In this document: in pieces, positions 13,327 to 27,352 of the stretch
Numbering within the stretch: the first letter of the stretch is position 1
How the letters are laid out: the number at the start of each line of letters is the position of its first letter
NCBI GenBank assembly: GCA_964016885.1
Contig: OZ024741.1
Span: 217,558,001 to 217,622,000 of the forward strand
Source of the DNA: Eledone cirrhosa
Taxonomy: Eukaryota
Reading direction: 5' to 3'
DNA: 64,000 nt
Notes under the pieces: generated by a model
Database searches by the model: none
What the model was told of the DNA's origin: nothing
The model's input: the letters and a program-made list of their open reading frames with translations, nothing else
Translations under genes and position numbers: made by a program

Positions 13327-13465
13327 GTATGTCTGTGTCTGTCTATATATATATATGTGTGGGTGTCTGTATATATATATGTGTGTGTGTGTGTGTCTGT
13401 ATAGATGTGTGTGTGTGTCTGTATATATATGTGTCTGTATATATTTGTGTGTGTGTGTGTGTGTC

Positions 13466-13505
<40 letters not shown>

Positions 13506-13944
13506 GGTCTGTGTATATATATGTGTGTGTGTGTATACATGTCTGTGTATGTGTACATATATATATGTCTGTATGTGTATATATATATGACTGTGTGTGT
13601 TCTTGTGTGCATGTTCTGTTTACTGCTTGTGTATGTCCTGTCACTTAGGGATGAGCTCAGTCTAATGACTGAGACCACTAAAACCAGTAAAAATACAATG
13701 CCCCAGCATGGCCACAGTCTTATGTCTGAAACCAGCAAAAGTACAATGCCCCAGCATGGCCATAGTCTGTCTGATACCAGTAAAAGTATAGGAATGTAAC
13801 AATGTCTAGTTCAACCTTTGTGACATTTTCAAAGTCCATCGCCTGTCATCTTAAAAGCTGGGGTATATTGTACTTTGAAACCAGAGAAATTAAGGTGTGG
13901 AATGGGGTGCAGAAGGAGTTCTGATATGAAATCTTAATAATATT

Positions 13945-14125
13945 ATAATTGTTTCTATTTTAGGCACAAGGCCAGCAATTACCCAGTGCATTACTGGTAC
14001 TTTATTTTATTGACTCCGTAAGGATGAAAGGCAAAGTCAACCTCGGCGGGATTTGAACTCAGATCGTAAAGGGACGTAACTATGCTGAAAAGTATGGCGT
14101 CCGACCCTCTACTGATACTGCCAAT
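13945..14125 (-). mobile_element. SINE family A
   Basis: Inverted partner of 14228-14420. Confidence 0.85.
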
Positions 14126-14227
14126 GACTGGTTCCTAACATGAACACTTCCCACAGCTGATTAATAACAAACATGGGAGCCACATCTATTGATAAATATG
14201 ATAGTATGGGAATACTTCATATTATCT

Positions 14228-14420
14228 GAAGGGCGGTGGATTGGCAGTATCGGTAGAGGGTCGGACGCCATGCTTTCCAGCATAGTTACGTCCCTTTACG
14301 ATCTGAGTTCAAATCCTGCCGAGGTTAACTTTGACTTTCATCCTTACGGGGTCGATAAAATAAAGTACCAGTAATGCACTGGGTAATTGCTGGCCTTGTG
14401 CCTAACGTAGAAACAATTAT
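14228..14420 (+). mobile_element. Full-length tRNA-derived SINE family A
   Basis: A-box-like TGGCAGTATCGG, B-box GTTCAAATCC, body TTTCATCCTTACGGGGTCGATAAAATAAAGTACCAG (resembles the Nin/Deu domain), tail GGCCTTGTGCCTAACGTAGAAACAATTAT. About 10 copies in the window. Confidence 0.85.
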
Positions 14421-14454
14421 CTAAAGGTGTACATATAGCCACTCAAAGATACTT

Positions 14455-14895
14455 GACCACTGTGACAGGTGCTCTGTTGTGTCACCATTTGTGACAGGTG
14501 CTCTGTTGTGAAACCACTTGTGACAGGTGCTCTGTTGTGCCACCATTTGTGACAGGTGCTCTGTTGTGCCACCATTTTTGACAGGTGCTCTGTTGTGAAA
14601 CCACTTGTGACAGGTGCTCTGTTGTGTCACCATTTGTGACAGGTGCTTTGTTGTGTCACCATTTGTGACAGGTGCTCTGTTGTGAAACCACTTGTGACAG
14701 GTGCTCTGTTGTGTCACCACTTGTGACAGGTGTTCTGTTGTGAAACCACTTGTGACAGGTGCTTGGTTGTGAAACCACTTGTGACAGGTGCTTGGTTGTG
14801 AAACCACTTGTGACAGGTGCTCTGTTGTGTCATCACTTGTGACAGTTACTTTGTTGTGTCACCACTTGTGACAGGTGTTCTGTTGTGTCACCACT
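14455..14895. repeat. Tandem minisatellite, ~30-bp unit
   Basis: TTGTGACAGGTGCTCTGTTGTG(TC/AA)ACCA(C/T), about 15 copies. Confidence 0.92.
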
Positions 14896-15176
14896 ACAAA
14901 GAAGAGATAGGTAGCTCAAGTCCAGTTGACAAAGCCAATAACAGACCAAGGTCTGTATGTGAAAATGAGAATCTTGTTATCTGTCTCTCTCCCTATTTAT
15001 GTTCTATCTATGTATCTACACATGTCATCATCGTTTTAATATATACTGTCAAAACATATCAATCTCTGTCTATATTCTTGCCTATCTCTTTACATCTCTT
15101 AATCTTTCTTCATCTCTCTCTCTCTATCTCTCCCCTCAACTCTCCATATGTGTGTGTGTGTGCATATAGACAATAT

Positions 15177-15410
15177 GCCTCCATCCCCTCCCACTGTAAA
15201 GTGGTCGTGTAGATGCCACGGCGAAAAAATGTACCCAGCACTCACTGGAAATGATGTTGGTGTAAGGAAGGGCATCCAGCTGTAGAAATCAAGCCTAAAT
15301 CAGTTCCCGTATGAGCAAGACAAGGTGTCACCCGACCTAGCATTGCCAGGACAATCTGTCTAACCCATGCTAGTGTGGAAAAATGGACGTAAAACAGTGA
15401 TAATGATGAT
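15177..15410 (+). mobile_element. RTE-tailed SINE family B, 5'-truncated
   Basis: Matches the 31820-31940 body. Ends in CCCATGCTAGTGTGGAAAATGGACGTAAAA…(TGA)n. Confidence 0.8.
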
Positions 15411-15500
15411 ATATATATATATATATATATATAACTTTGATAGGTTTCTGCCAATACTGGCCCAGGTCATGCCTAACTTAATAGCACCATCTGGCATATA

Positions 15501-16825
15501 TGAGGGGGGGATCAAAAAGTTCGCGGAATTTTTCAGAAAATATTCTATTTTTCAGAAAATATTCTATTTTTCAAAAAATATGATTTACCATCAATTTATT
15601 TTTCTACATAGTTGCTATCCAGGTCAATACACTTGACAAGGCGATGCTTCCAACTTCGTAAGCCGTCTCTAAAGAAAGTTGAAGGCCTTGTTCGAAGCCA
15701 TGTGTTGGCAGTGTTTTTAGCTTCTTCAACACCACTAAAACGGGTTCCTTTTAGCATTTCTTTGAGTTTTGGAAAGAGGAAAAAGTCTGATGGAGCTAAA
15801 TCTGGACTATAAGGCGGGTGAGGAAGCACTTCCCATCGAAATTCTCGAAGAACTTCTTTTGCAACCCACGCAGAATGTGCTGGTGCATTGTCATGGTGAA
15901 ACAAGATCCTACCATGAAGTTTCCCTTTTCGTTTCTTGACTAAAGCCTCTTTCAGCTTCCTTAAAACATTTGCATAGTAAGCTCCTGTCACAGTTTTTTG
16001 ACCTTCAAGATAATCTATTAGTATCACCCCATCTGAATCCCAGAAAATGGCCATCACTTTTTGATCCAACTTTTGAGATTTGAACTTGATTGGCCCCGAT
16101 GATCCACGTGGAAGCCACTGTTTTGACTGCTGTTTGGATTCAGCATCATACTGGTAGATCCAGGTTTCATCTCCGGTGATGATTCTGGTCAGGAAATGCT
16201 CTTCATCAACTTCAATTTTGTTTAATATCGTCAAAGACAGATGACTTCGAAGAATCAGCTGATCAGGGCGCAACGCTTTTGGGACCCATCGCGCTGAAAG
16301 CTTGCTTAGTCCCAAATTATCGTGCAGAATTGAATTTGCCGAACCATATGAAATGTCTAGGGACTTAGCTAACTGATTAACTGTTATTCTTCGATCTTCT
16401 TCAATTAAAGTCTGAGCAGCCTCAACGTTTTGGTCATTTTTTTATGTTCCTAGTCTTCCACTGTGATGGTCGTCTTCAAGGTCGTCTCTCCCTTGTTTGA
16501 ATCGCTGAATCCACTTGTAGCCAGCAGTTTTCTTTGGAGCAGTAGTACTGTAAACTTTAACTAAAACCTCCATAATCTGTGTCCCTTTCCATTTGAGTTT
16601 CACCAGAAACTTGATATTCGATCTTATCTCAAAATAACTATTTTCCATTGTTCCAAAAAGAGGTTTTTTAAAGAGTGTCAGTACTGTACAATAGTCCGCG
16701 CATAACTGCAAGTGACTAATAGCAAGGTAAACACCCAGTGACAATGTTCTGACATGTTTAATATTGTTTTAATCTATTTTTCTTTTACTACGATAAAATT
16801 CTGCGAACTTTTTGATCCCCCCTCG
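15501..16825 (-). mobile_element. Full-length mariner (DD34D) transposon
   Basis: TIRs (T/C)GAGGGGGGGATCAAAAAGTTCGC(G/A)GAATTTT at both ends with TA TSDs; 1325 bp. Confidence 0.95.
15596..16648 (-). pseudogene. Mariner transposase, ~350 codons, one premature stop at 16442-16444
   Basis: The two ORF-track pieces are in the same frame. Motifs WVPK, GDETW, HDNAPAH and YSPDLAPSD are present. Confidence 0.92.
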
Positions 16826-16844
16826 TATATATATATTATAAAGA

Positions 16845-16945
16845 GTTGGGACTAGACAGCTGAGGTCTTGCCGTTTCAACAGCTAGTTCCATACTCTACT
16901 ACTCCAAGTATTGAGTACTCTGCTGAGTAATGGTCTAACTAGTTT
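16845..16945 (+). mobile_element. Collapsed/degenerate copy of the fold-back PLE derivative
   Basis: GACAGCTGAGGTCTTGCCGTTTCAACAGCTA and ACTCTACTACTCCAAGTATTGAGTACT align to 31455-31490 and 31572-31600. Confidence 0.55.
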
Positions 16946-17211
16946 AAAACTAATCCATCCTGTTTTATTTTCACACACACACACACACACACACCCCTCT
17001 CTGGTAAAAATGAGTTGTACCTGTAATTCAAAGGGCCAGTCTTGTCACATGCTGGGCCATGCTGAATCTCCCTGAGAAGTACGTTAAGGGTAAGCAAGTG
17101 CGTCGAATGCTCAGCCACTTGCACGTTAATTTCATGATCCTTTGATCAGATCACTTGTTGTAACTAATGAGTGCCAACCACCATATTATCTATTTCCCTT
17201 TGTTGTATGGT

Positions 17212-17424
17212 TTAACCTTTCAGCATTTAAACCGTCCAAATCCGGCGAGAATTCTCTCACCTCTTACTGTTCAAACGGGCTGTGACCAGCCACTCATACT
17301 GACGTTATTGTTCTGAAAATATCAAAATCTTGTAGATTCGATATTATGTGAGATAATTATGTGAGTAAAGCCTTTACTGCGAAAATACAATAAATATAGA
17401 GTAATGTAAATACTAAAGAGTTAA
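17212..17424. mobile_element. piggyBac-type (TTAA) MITE
   Basis: TTAACCTTTCAGCATTTA … TAAATACTAAAGAGTTAA. Homologous to 51488-51699. Confidence 0.75.
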
Positions 17425-17620
17425 ATAATAGGTAACTGGGTTTGTGACCCAGTCATTCTGATCTGCTGACTTTGATGCATTAAACAAAAGCACTGAACAT
17501 TATGTATCCTCTATGATAGATGTTGTATCTCATGGTTAGTACAGGAACTGAGGTAAATACTTCAATGAAAATATGAGAAAGTCTAATTCCAATAACTTGC
17601 TTTATTGTTGTTTAATTACG

Positions 17621-17965
17621 TCAGTGGTACTATTATGTTTCCTCCTGTTGTATTGTAATGCCTACGCCATTTTAATTTTATTTATTCTTGTCTCTGTCTC
17701 TGTTTGCGTTTGTGTGTGTGTGTTTCCTGTTTGGTATGTGTGTTTGTGTTTATGTGTTTTTGTATTCTATCTTTGTTCACTAGTGTGTGTTTATATGTGT
17801 TTGTTGTTATTGTACTTGTATATATATTTATTTTATTTATATCTCCCTTAGGTCAGTATTTTTCGTTCTTTCTGTTTAACTTAAATAAAAATGGTGTAGG
17901 CATTACAATACAACAGGAAGAAACATAATAGTACCACTGATGATGTTGCAGATGTGTGATGAAAG
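17621..17965. repeat. ~60-bp inverted repeat around a ~200-bp spacer, probably PLE-derived
   Basis: TCAGTGGTACTATTATGTTTC…ATGCCTACGCCATTTT versus AAAATGGTGTAGGCAT…ATAATAGTACCACTGA. The right arm runs into CTGATGA…GAAA. Confidence 0.65.
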
Positions 17966-19084
17966 AACTTTGATAGACTATATATATTTATATCTGTATT
18001 TTGGTTGGTCAATCAATAATAAACATTGATTGCCAGATAAATTAATTATGGAGATATAAAAGATACAGAAGCGAAAACCAACCCAAACCAAACAGGGAGT
18101 ATGTTCTGTTATTATTTCTGGCAATATTATAACAATATGACCCTCCCCAATATAACAATATATATGTGTGTGTGTGTCTGTGTGTCTGTGTATATATATA
18201 TATGTGTGTGTGTGTGTGTATGTATATACACACACAACTGGAACAAGATTTTGAACCAATTCCTCCTCTCTACTAATATATTGTCCCACATTTAACTTAG
18301 TGCAGGTCATGTGATTGTGGGAGAAGATAAGAAAGGTAGTGTGGTATGAGGGGGGTGTTGTATGGTGTTAGGGTGGTGTGTGGTGTTGTGGGTGGTCTGT
18401 GGTGTTGTGGGTGGTGTGTGGTGTTGGGATGGTTGTGTTGTTTGGTGCAGTGGTAGTGGTAATTGTGTGGTGGTAGTGGAGGAAGCTGAGACATAAAATT
18501 ATGAAATATGTCATCTGGTTAGCTTAGCTATCCCCACCTTAAAATGTCTCCACACAGCACCCCCATCCTATCTGGCTCCATCCACCCCCACTGGCCTAAA
18601 ATGACTCCACCCTGTATGACTCCACCCTCCCATCCTTAAATGTCTCCACACAGCACTCACCCCACCAGTCTATAATGTCTCCACCCAGCACCCTCACCCC
18701 CATCCTATCTGTCTCCACTCAGCACCCTCACCCCATCCTATCTGTCTCCATCCACCCCCTCCATCCTAAAATCTCTTCACCCAGCACACCCTGATACAGT
18801 TGACTAGGAGTGGTGACAAGTCATGTATAAATATAGTACAAGATATATGGTTTCTACAATACGCACGCTTGTGTGTGTGTGTGTGGGGGGGGGGGGGGTA
18901 TATGTATGTGTGTTTTTTTTATGTATGTGTGTATATTTGAACATATGTTTGTTTATTTTATCTGTATGTGTATACAAGTGTATTTTTCATATGTATTTTT
19001 ATTTATGACTGAATGTTAATATTTAAATTTGTGTGTATAGCCAAATTTCCTTCTCATTTCCCACCCACCCCATCTCCACCACGT

Positions 19085-20517
19085 TTGGTATACATGCCCG
19101 ACGCTGTACGATAACCGCTCCCTTGTGAATATATTATCGAACAGACAAGGGGTGGACGGAGGCTCCGTAAGCTGTAGTGTAGGCAACCTGTCTAGGAGAG
19201 CTACCACTCCGAATAAATTGGTGCGGGATAGAGAAGTCCAGTAAGACAACTTCCCTAGTGCTGGTGGCACGAATAAAAGCACTCAGTCCATGCTGTAAAG
19301 TGGAGGGGTAACGAGGGCCCTGAGTTCAGTAAGACAACCTCTCTAGTGCTGGTGGCACGAGTAAAAGCACCCAGTCCATGGTGTAAAATGGAGGGGTGGA
19401 TAGGACCCCTGAGTCCAGTAAGACATCCTCTCTAGTGCTGGTGGCACGAATAAAAGCACCCAGTCCATGCTGTAAAGTGGTGCTGGTGTTAGGAAGGGCA
19501 CCCAACCAGTATATATACTACTGCCAAACACTATGAACGCAACGAATGGAATTTGCAAGAGCTGCGTAAACAGCAATAACACTATAGGGCTGCGCACGGT
19601 AGTGGGGTGGCTGGTGCGGCCATGTGTGAGAACCCCCCCGACCGTCATCAAGCAATCGCACAACAGGAGAAAGAACGAGACGTCGCATCTCAGAGTTGCC
19701 ACACTTAATGTTAGCACTCTAACAGGTAGATCTGGTGAGATAGCGGAGATGCTGGAGAGAAGGCATGTGGATGTGTGCTGCGTGCAAGAGGTGAGATGGA
19801 GAGGTGCCTTCTGCGAGACTAAACACAGGCAAACAGCGTAGTTATAAGCTTTTCTGGGTGGGTAATGATGATGGGTTAGGTGGGGTGGGCATATTACTGG
19901 CTGAGAGATGGATTGATAAGACAATAGAGGTAGTTTGAGTTAGTAATAGAATGATTAAGCTTAGATTAGTTGTAGGCAAGAGACTACTGACAACCATCTC
20001 TGCCTATGCTCCACAGGCAGGCCTAGGTAAAGAAGAGAAAGACTGCTTTTACGAGCAACTTTTACAAACAGCCTCAATGACAGAGGACAGAGACATCATT
20101 ATGCTAGGAGTGGACTTCAATGGACATGTTGGACAGCTCCAGGATTGATACACTGGGGTACATGGTGGGCACGGTTACGGCTCAAGAAATGGAGTGAGCC
20201 TACCAACCTAATAAGCTAGTTAGACAGCCAGACAGACAGACAGATGGTGTTAAAAACTAAGGCATACCCTGGGGAAGAATGTACCCCACAGCATAGGTTA
20301 GTCGTTAGTGACATCTCAGTAAGCATGAGAAAGAATGAGACATTCAGTAAAGTGTGGAAAAGAAAGGTCTGGAAGCTAAAAGACCTTTCATTAAAATATA
20401 AATTTAGCAAAGCCCTTCAAGACGTCTATGACGAAAAAGAAGACGATTTAGAGTTGTATGACATAGATAACTGGAATTTCTTACGTGACAACTTACTGCA
20501 GGCTACTGAAGAAACTT
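19085..20517 (+). mobile_element. RTE LINE copy 1: 5' UTR with ~87-bp tandem repeats plus a decayed APE endonuclease region; 3'-truncated
   Basis: Peptides LRVATLNV, DVCCVQEVRW, DFNGHVG and CTPQHRLVV, with stops and deletions. Three tandem UTR units at 19240-19480. Confidence 0.92.
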
Positions 20518-20775
20518 GAGTGCAGATGATATGGTCAGTATCAGTGGATGCGACAATCTTTGTCGCATCCACTGATACTTACCACATCATCTTCACTCTT
20601 TAAATATGACACTGTTAATGGCAACACTAACATCTACGTATCTTTACGATTGTTCTGTGGAATAGGAGGTTAATTATATGTCTAAACTTTGTTAGTGCTC
20701 TGATGATTCCAAACGAAAGTTTGGAAGAAACGATCGTCATCAATAAAATGTTTTGAACATAGTTTTGATTATTCT
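20518..20775 (+). mobile_element. PLE terminal fragment: palindrome (20518-20598) plus hammerhead plus AATAAA
   Basis: Hairpin AGTATCAGTGGATGCGACAA-TCT-TTGTCGCATCCACTGATACT, with the hammerhead ~100 bp downstream. Confidence 0.65.
20696..20742 (+). ncRNA. Type I hammerhead ribozyme motif
   Basis: CTGATGA (20700-06), stem II TTCCAAAC-GAAA-GTTTGGAA, GAAAC, palindromic loop GATC, GTC cleavage triplet. Stem I TGCT/ATCA has one mismatch. Confidence 0.75.
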
Positions 20776-21039
20776 GTAATTTATATTTATATATATATAT
20801 GTATATATTTGTATGTGTTTATGTATATATGTATTTATGTATGTATTTATGGATATGTGTGTATTTATATGCATGTATATGTGTGTGTATTGTTTTACTG
20901 GTCTCAGTCTTTGAACTGGCGCCATGCTGGGGCACCACCTTCAAGGGGTTCTTTGATCTAATTGACCCCAATACTTAATTCAGTCAAGTACTTATTTTAT
21001 TGATCTGTTGAACTGTGTTAGGGGACAGGAAAGACACAC

Positions 21040-21825
21040 ATGGACACATACACTGAGACACACACTTAGACAAAGGCACATACACACACAGGTACACACA
21101 CTCATAAACACACTGACATACACACACTGACACACACACTGACATACACACACTGACATACACACACTGACATACACACACTGACATACACACACTGACA
21201 CACACGCACTGACACACACACTGACACACACACACTGACACACACACACTGACACACACATACTGACACACACACTGACACACACACTGACATACACACA
21301 CACTGACACATACATTACACACACATCACTCCCAGTAAATATACACACACATCACATACAGTAACTATACACATATATCACACACAGTAAATATACACAC
21401 ATACACACACATCACACACAGTAACTATACACACACATCACACAGTAACTATACACACACATCACACACAGTAACTATACACACACATCACACACAGTAA
21501 ATATACACATTACACACACATCACACACAGTAAATATACACATTACACACACATCACACACAGTAAATATACACATTACACATACATCACACACAGGAAA
21601 TATACACATTACACACACATCACACACAGTAAATATACACACACATCACACATATACACCCAGTAATTATACACATACATCACACACAGTAAATATACAC
21701 ATATATCACACACAGTAAATATACACACACAATCACACACAGTAAATATACACATATATCACACACAGTAAATATACACACACATCACACACAGTAAATA
21801 TACACACATATATCACACACACAGT
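21040..21825. repeat. CA-rich minisatellites (CACACACTGA; CACACACAGTAAATATA variants)
   Basis: Direct inspection. Confidence 0.9.
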
Positions 21826-22130
21826 AATGTGTTGTTTCCTTGAGCAAGACACTTTATTTCACATTGCTCCAGTTTACTCAGCTGTAGGAATGAGATGATA
21901 GGGACTGGGGTCCATATCATTCCACTGCAAAGTAGTCGTGGAGGTGCCACGGCAAAAAAGCACCCAGCACACACTGTAAATGAGGTTGGTGTTAGGAAGG
22001 GCATCCAGCTGTAGAAATCAAGCCAGAATCAGTTCCTGTATGAGCAAGACAAGGTCAGCCGACCGGACACTGCCCACAACAGGACAACCCGTCTAACCCA
22101 TGCTAGTGTGGAAGAACAGACGTAAAAAAC
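21825..22130 (+). mobile_element. RTE-tailed SINE family B lacking the tRNA head
   Basis: Close match to 31733-31940. Confidence 0.85.
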
Positions 22131-22419
22131 AGTGAATATACACATACATGACAAACACACAAAAGTTTTACATATACATCACACACAAATATATATATAT
22201 ATATATACATATATCTACAAATGTGGTTGGTGTTAGGGAGGGCATACAGCTGCAAAAGCCCTGATCAAATTTACAATCGCGTCAGAGCAAGGTACAGCGT
22301 CACCAATCCTGGCCAGACTTCTCTCTCAACGTGGATGACCCGTCTGACCCATGCAAGCATGGAAAATTGGACATTACACAATGATAATGATGGTGATGAT
22401 GATAATACATTACAAACGC

Positions 22420-25400
22420 ACAAAAATTATACATATATACACATACATGACAAAAAATTATATACATATATACACATACATGACAAATACACTAAAATTA
22501 TACATATATACACATACATGACAAACACTAAATTATACATATATACACATACATGACAAACACTAAATTATACATATATACACATACATGACAAATACAC
22601 TAAAATTATACATATATACACATACATGACAAACACTAAAATTATACATATATACACATACATGACAAACACTAAATTATACATATATACACATACATGA
22701 CAAATACACTAAAATTATACATATATACACATACATGACAAATACACTAAAATTATACATATATACACATACATGACAAATACACTAAAATTATACATAT
22801 ATACACATACATGACAAATACACTAAAATTATACATATATACACATACATGACAAATACACTAAAATTATACATATATACACATACATGACAAACACTAA
22901 ATTATACATATATACACATACATGACAAATACACTAAAATTATACATATATACACATACATGACAAACACTAAATTATACATATATACACATACATGACA
23001 AAAAATTATATACATATATACACATACATGACAAATACACTAAAATTATACATATATACACATACATGACAAATACACTAAAATTATACATATATACACA
23101 TACATGACAAACACTAAAATTATACATATATACACATACATGACAAATACACTAAAATTATACATATATACACATACATGACAAATACACTAAAATTATA
23201 CATATATACACATACATGACAGACAAATTATACATATATACACATACATGACAGACAAATTATACATATATACACATACATGACAGACAAATTATACATA
23301 TATACACATACATGACAGACAAATTATACATATATACACATACATGACAAACACTAAATTATACATATATACACATACATGACAAATACGCTAAAATTAT
23401 ACATATATACACATACATGACAAACACTAAAATTATACATATATACACATACATGACAAATACACTAAAATTATACATATATACACATACATGACAAATA
23501 CACTAAAATTATACATATATACACATACATGACAAATACACTAAAATTATACATATATACACATACATGACAAACACTAAAATTATACATATATACACAT
23601 ACATGACAAATACACTAAATTATACATATATACACATACATGACAAACACTAAATTATACATATATACACATACATGACAAATACACTAAAATTATACAT
23701 ATATACACATACATGACAAACACTAAAATTATACATATATACACATACATGACAAATACACTAAAATTATACATATATACACATACATGACAAATACACT
23801 AAAATTATACATATATACACATACATGACAAATACACTAAAATTATACATATATACACATACATGACAAATACACTAAAATTATACATATATACACATAC
23901 ATGACAAATACACTAAAATTATATATATATACACATACATGACAAACACTAAATTATACATATATACACATACATGACAAACACTAAAATTATACATATA
24001 TACACATACATGACAAACACTAAAATTATACATATATACACATACATGACAAATACACTAAAATTATACATATATACACATACATGACAAATACACTAAA
24101 ATTATACATATATATACATACATGACAAATACACTAAAATTATACATATATACACATACATGACAAATACACTAAAATTATACATATATACACATACATG
24201 ACAAATACACTAAAATTATACATATATACACATACATGACAAATACACTAAAATTATACATATATACACATACATGACAAATACACTAAAATTATATATA
24301 TATACACATACATGACAAACACTAAATTATACATATATACACATACATGACAAACACTAAAATTATACATATATACACATACATGACAAACACTAAAATT
24401 ATACATATATACACATACATGACAAATACACTAAAATTATACATATATACACATACATGACAAATACACTAAAATTATACATATATACACATACATGACA
24501 AATACACTAAAATTATACATATATACACATACATGACAAATACACTAAAATTATACATATATACACATACATGACAAATACACTAAAATTATATATATAT
24601 ACACATACATGACAAACACTAAATTATACATATATACACATACATGACAAACACTAAAATTATACATATATACACATACATGACAAACACTAAAATTATA
24701 CATATATACACATACATGACAAATACACTAAAATTATACATATATACACATACATGACAAATACACTAAAATTATACATATATACACATACATGACAAAT
24801 ACACTAAAATTATACATATATACACATACATGACAAATACACTAAAATTATACATATATACACATACATGACAAATACACTAAAATTATACATATATACA
24901 CATACATGACAAATACACTAAAATTATACATATATACACATACATGACAAATACACTAAAATTATATATATATACACATACATGACAAACACTAAATTAT
25001 ACATATATACACATACATGACAAACACTAAAATTATACATATATACACATACATGACACACTAAAATTATACATATATACACATACATGACAAATACACT
25101 AAAATTATACATATATACACATACATGACAAATACACTAAAATTATACATATATACACATACATGACAAATACACTAAAATTATACATATATACACATAC
25201 ATGACAAATACACTAAAATTATACATATATACACATACATGACAAACACTAAATTATACATATATACACATACATGACAAATACACTAAAATTATACATA
25301 TATACACCTACATGACAAACACTAAATTATACATATATACACATACATGACAAATACACTAAAATTATACATATATACACATACATGACAAATACACTAA

Positions 25401-26845
25401 AATTATACATATATACACATACATGACAAACACTAAAATTATACATATATACACATACATGACAAATACACTAAAATTATACATATATACACATACATGA
25501 CAAATACACTAAAATTATACATATATACACATACATGACAAATACACTAAAATTATACATATATACACATACATGACAAATACACTAAAATTATACATAT
25601 ATACACATACATGACAAATACACTAAAATTATACATATATACACATACATGACAAATACACTAAAATTATACATATATACACATACATGACAAACACTAA
25701 ATTATATATATATACACATACATGACAAATACACTAAAATTATACATATATACACATACATGACAAATACACTAAAATTATACATATATACACATACATG
25801 ACAAATACACTAAAATTATACATATATACACATACATGACAAATACACTAAAATTATACATATATACACATACATGACAAACACTAAATTATACATATAT
25901 ACACATACATGACAAATACACTAAAATTATACATATATACACCTACATGACAAACACTAAATTATACATATATACACATACATGACAAATACACTAAAAT
26001 TATACATATATACACATACATGACAAATACACTAAAATTATACATATATACACATACATGACAAAACACTAAAATTATACATATATACACATACATGACA
26101 AATACACTAAAATTATACATATATACACATACATGACAAATACACTAAAATTATACATATATACACATACATGACAAATACACTAAAATTATACATATAT
26201 ACACATACATGACAAATACACTAAAATTATACATATATACACATACATGACAAATACACTAAAATTATACATATATACACATACATGACAAATACACTAA
26301 AATTATACATATATACACATACATGACAAATACACTAAAATTATACATATATACACATACATGACAAATACACTAAAATTATACATATATACACATACAT
26401 GACAAATACACTAAAATTATACATATATACACATACATGACAAATACACTAAAATTATACATATATACACATACATGACAAATACACTAAAATTATACAT
26501 ATATACACATACATGACAAATACACTAAAATTATACATATATACACATACATGACAAACACTAAAATTATACATATATACACATACAGGACAAATACACT
26601 AAAATTATACATATATACACATACATGACAAATACACTAAAATTATACATATATACACATACATGACAAACACTAAAATTATACATATATACACATACAG
26701 GACAAATACACTAAAATTATACATATATACACATACATGACAAATACACTAAAATTATACATATATACACATACATGACAAACACTAAAATTATACATAT
26801 ATACACATACATGACAAACACTAAAATTATACATTTATACATGAC
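22420..26845. repeat. 4.4-kb satellite, ~35-38-bp unit
   Basis: CATACATGACAAA(TA)CACTAAA(A)TTATACATATATACA, more than 100 near-identical copies. Confidence 0.97.
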
Positions 26846-27044
26846 AATAAATGTCAACAGTTGACATGATCTTGTATCAGTAATGCCGGATAATATATAT
26901 ATGTGTGTATAAGTGAATGGCGTGAGTGTGTTTGTATGCATGAGTGTTGGTGTGTGAGTGTGTGTGTGTGTGTGTCGTATGTATGTATGAGTGTCAATAA
27001 GTGAGGTTTTTTTTTTTTTAATGTGTGTGTGTGTGTGGGGGGGG

Positions 27045-27350
27045 ATAATCCGGGCTGGATACCCGATTGCGCATTTAAACCACTGGGAGTGAAAGACCCC
27101 TAGCCCTTGTCAGCGCATTCTTCTAGGAGAAGGCATCTCAGGAAACTGGGCTAACTCCGATATAAAACCTGCGGCTCAGTAGTTACCGATGATGTTGATC
27201 TTTTCTTCTTTTCGGGTTATAGCTACTGTCGCTCAGAGAGTGGGATTGGCTCAGTGCACAGTCTTTCCTCACTTTAAAAATATTCTTCAGGCACAGGCAT
27301 TGCACGATTGCATTAATTAATAATTATTAATAGTGTTATTTTTATTATTG
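27045..27350 (+). mobile_element. Short retroposon-like insertion with AT-rich tail
   Basis: Absent from the otherwise homologous junction at ~37930. Contains CTAGGAGAAGG (cf. TCTAGGAGAG in the RTE UTR at 19191) and ends in an (ATT/AAT)-rich tail. Confidence 0.5.
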
Positions 27351-27352
27351 TT

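Noticed and set aside
14455-14895. 30-bp satellite as another derivative of the RTE UTR motif
   Set aside because: The reverse complement has only loose resemblance (GTGG…AGCACC), too weak to claim by eye.
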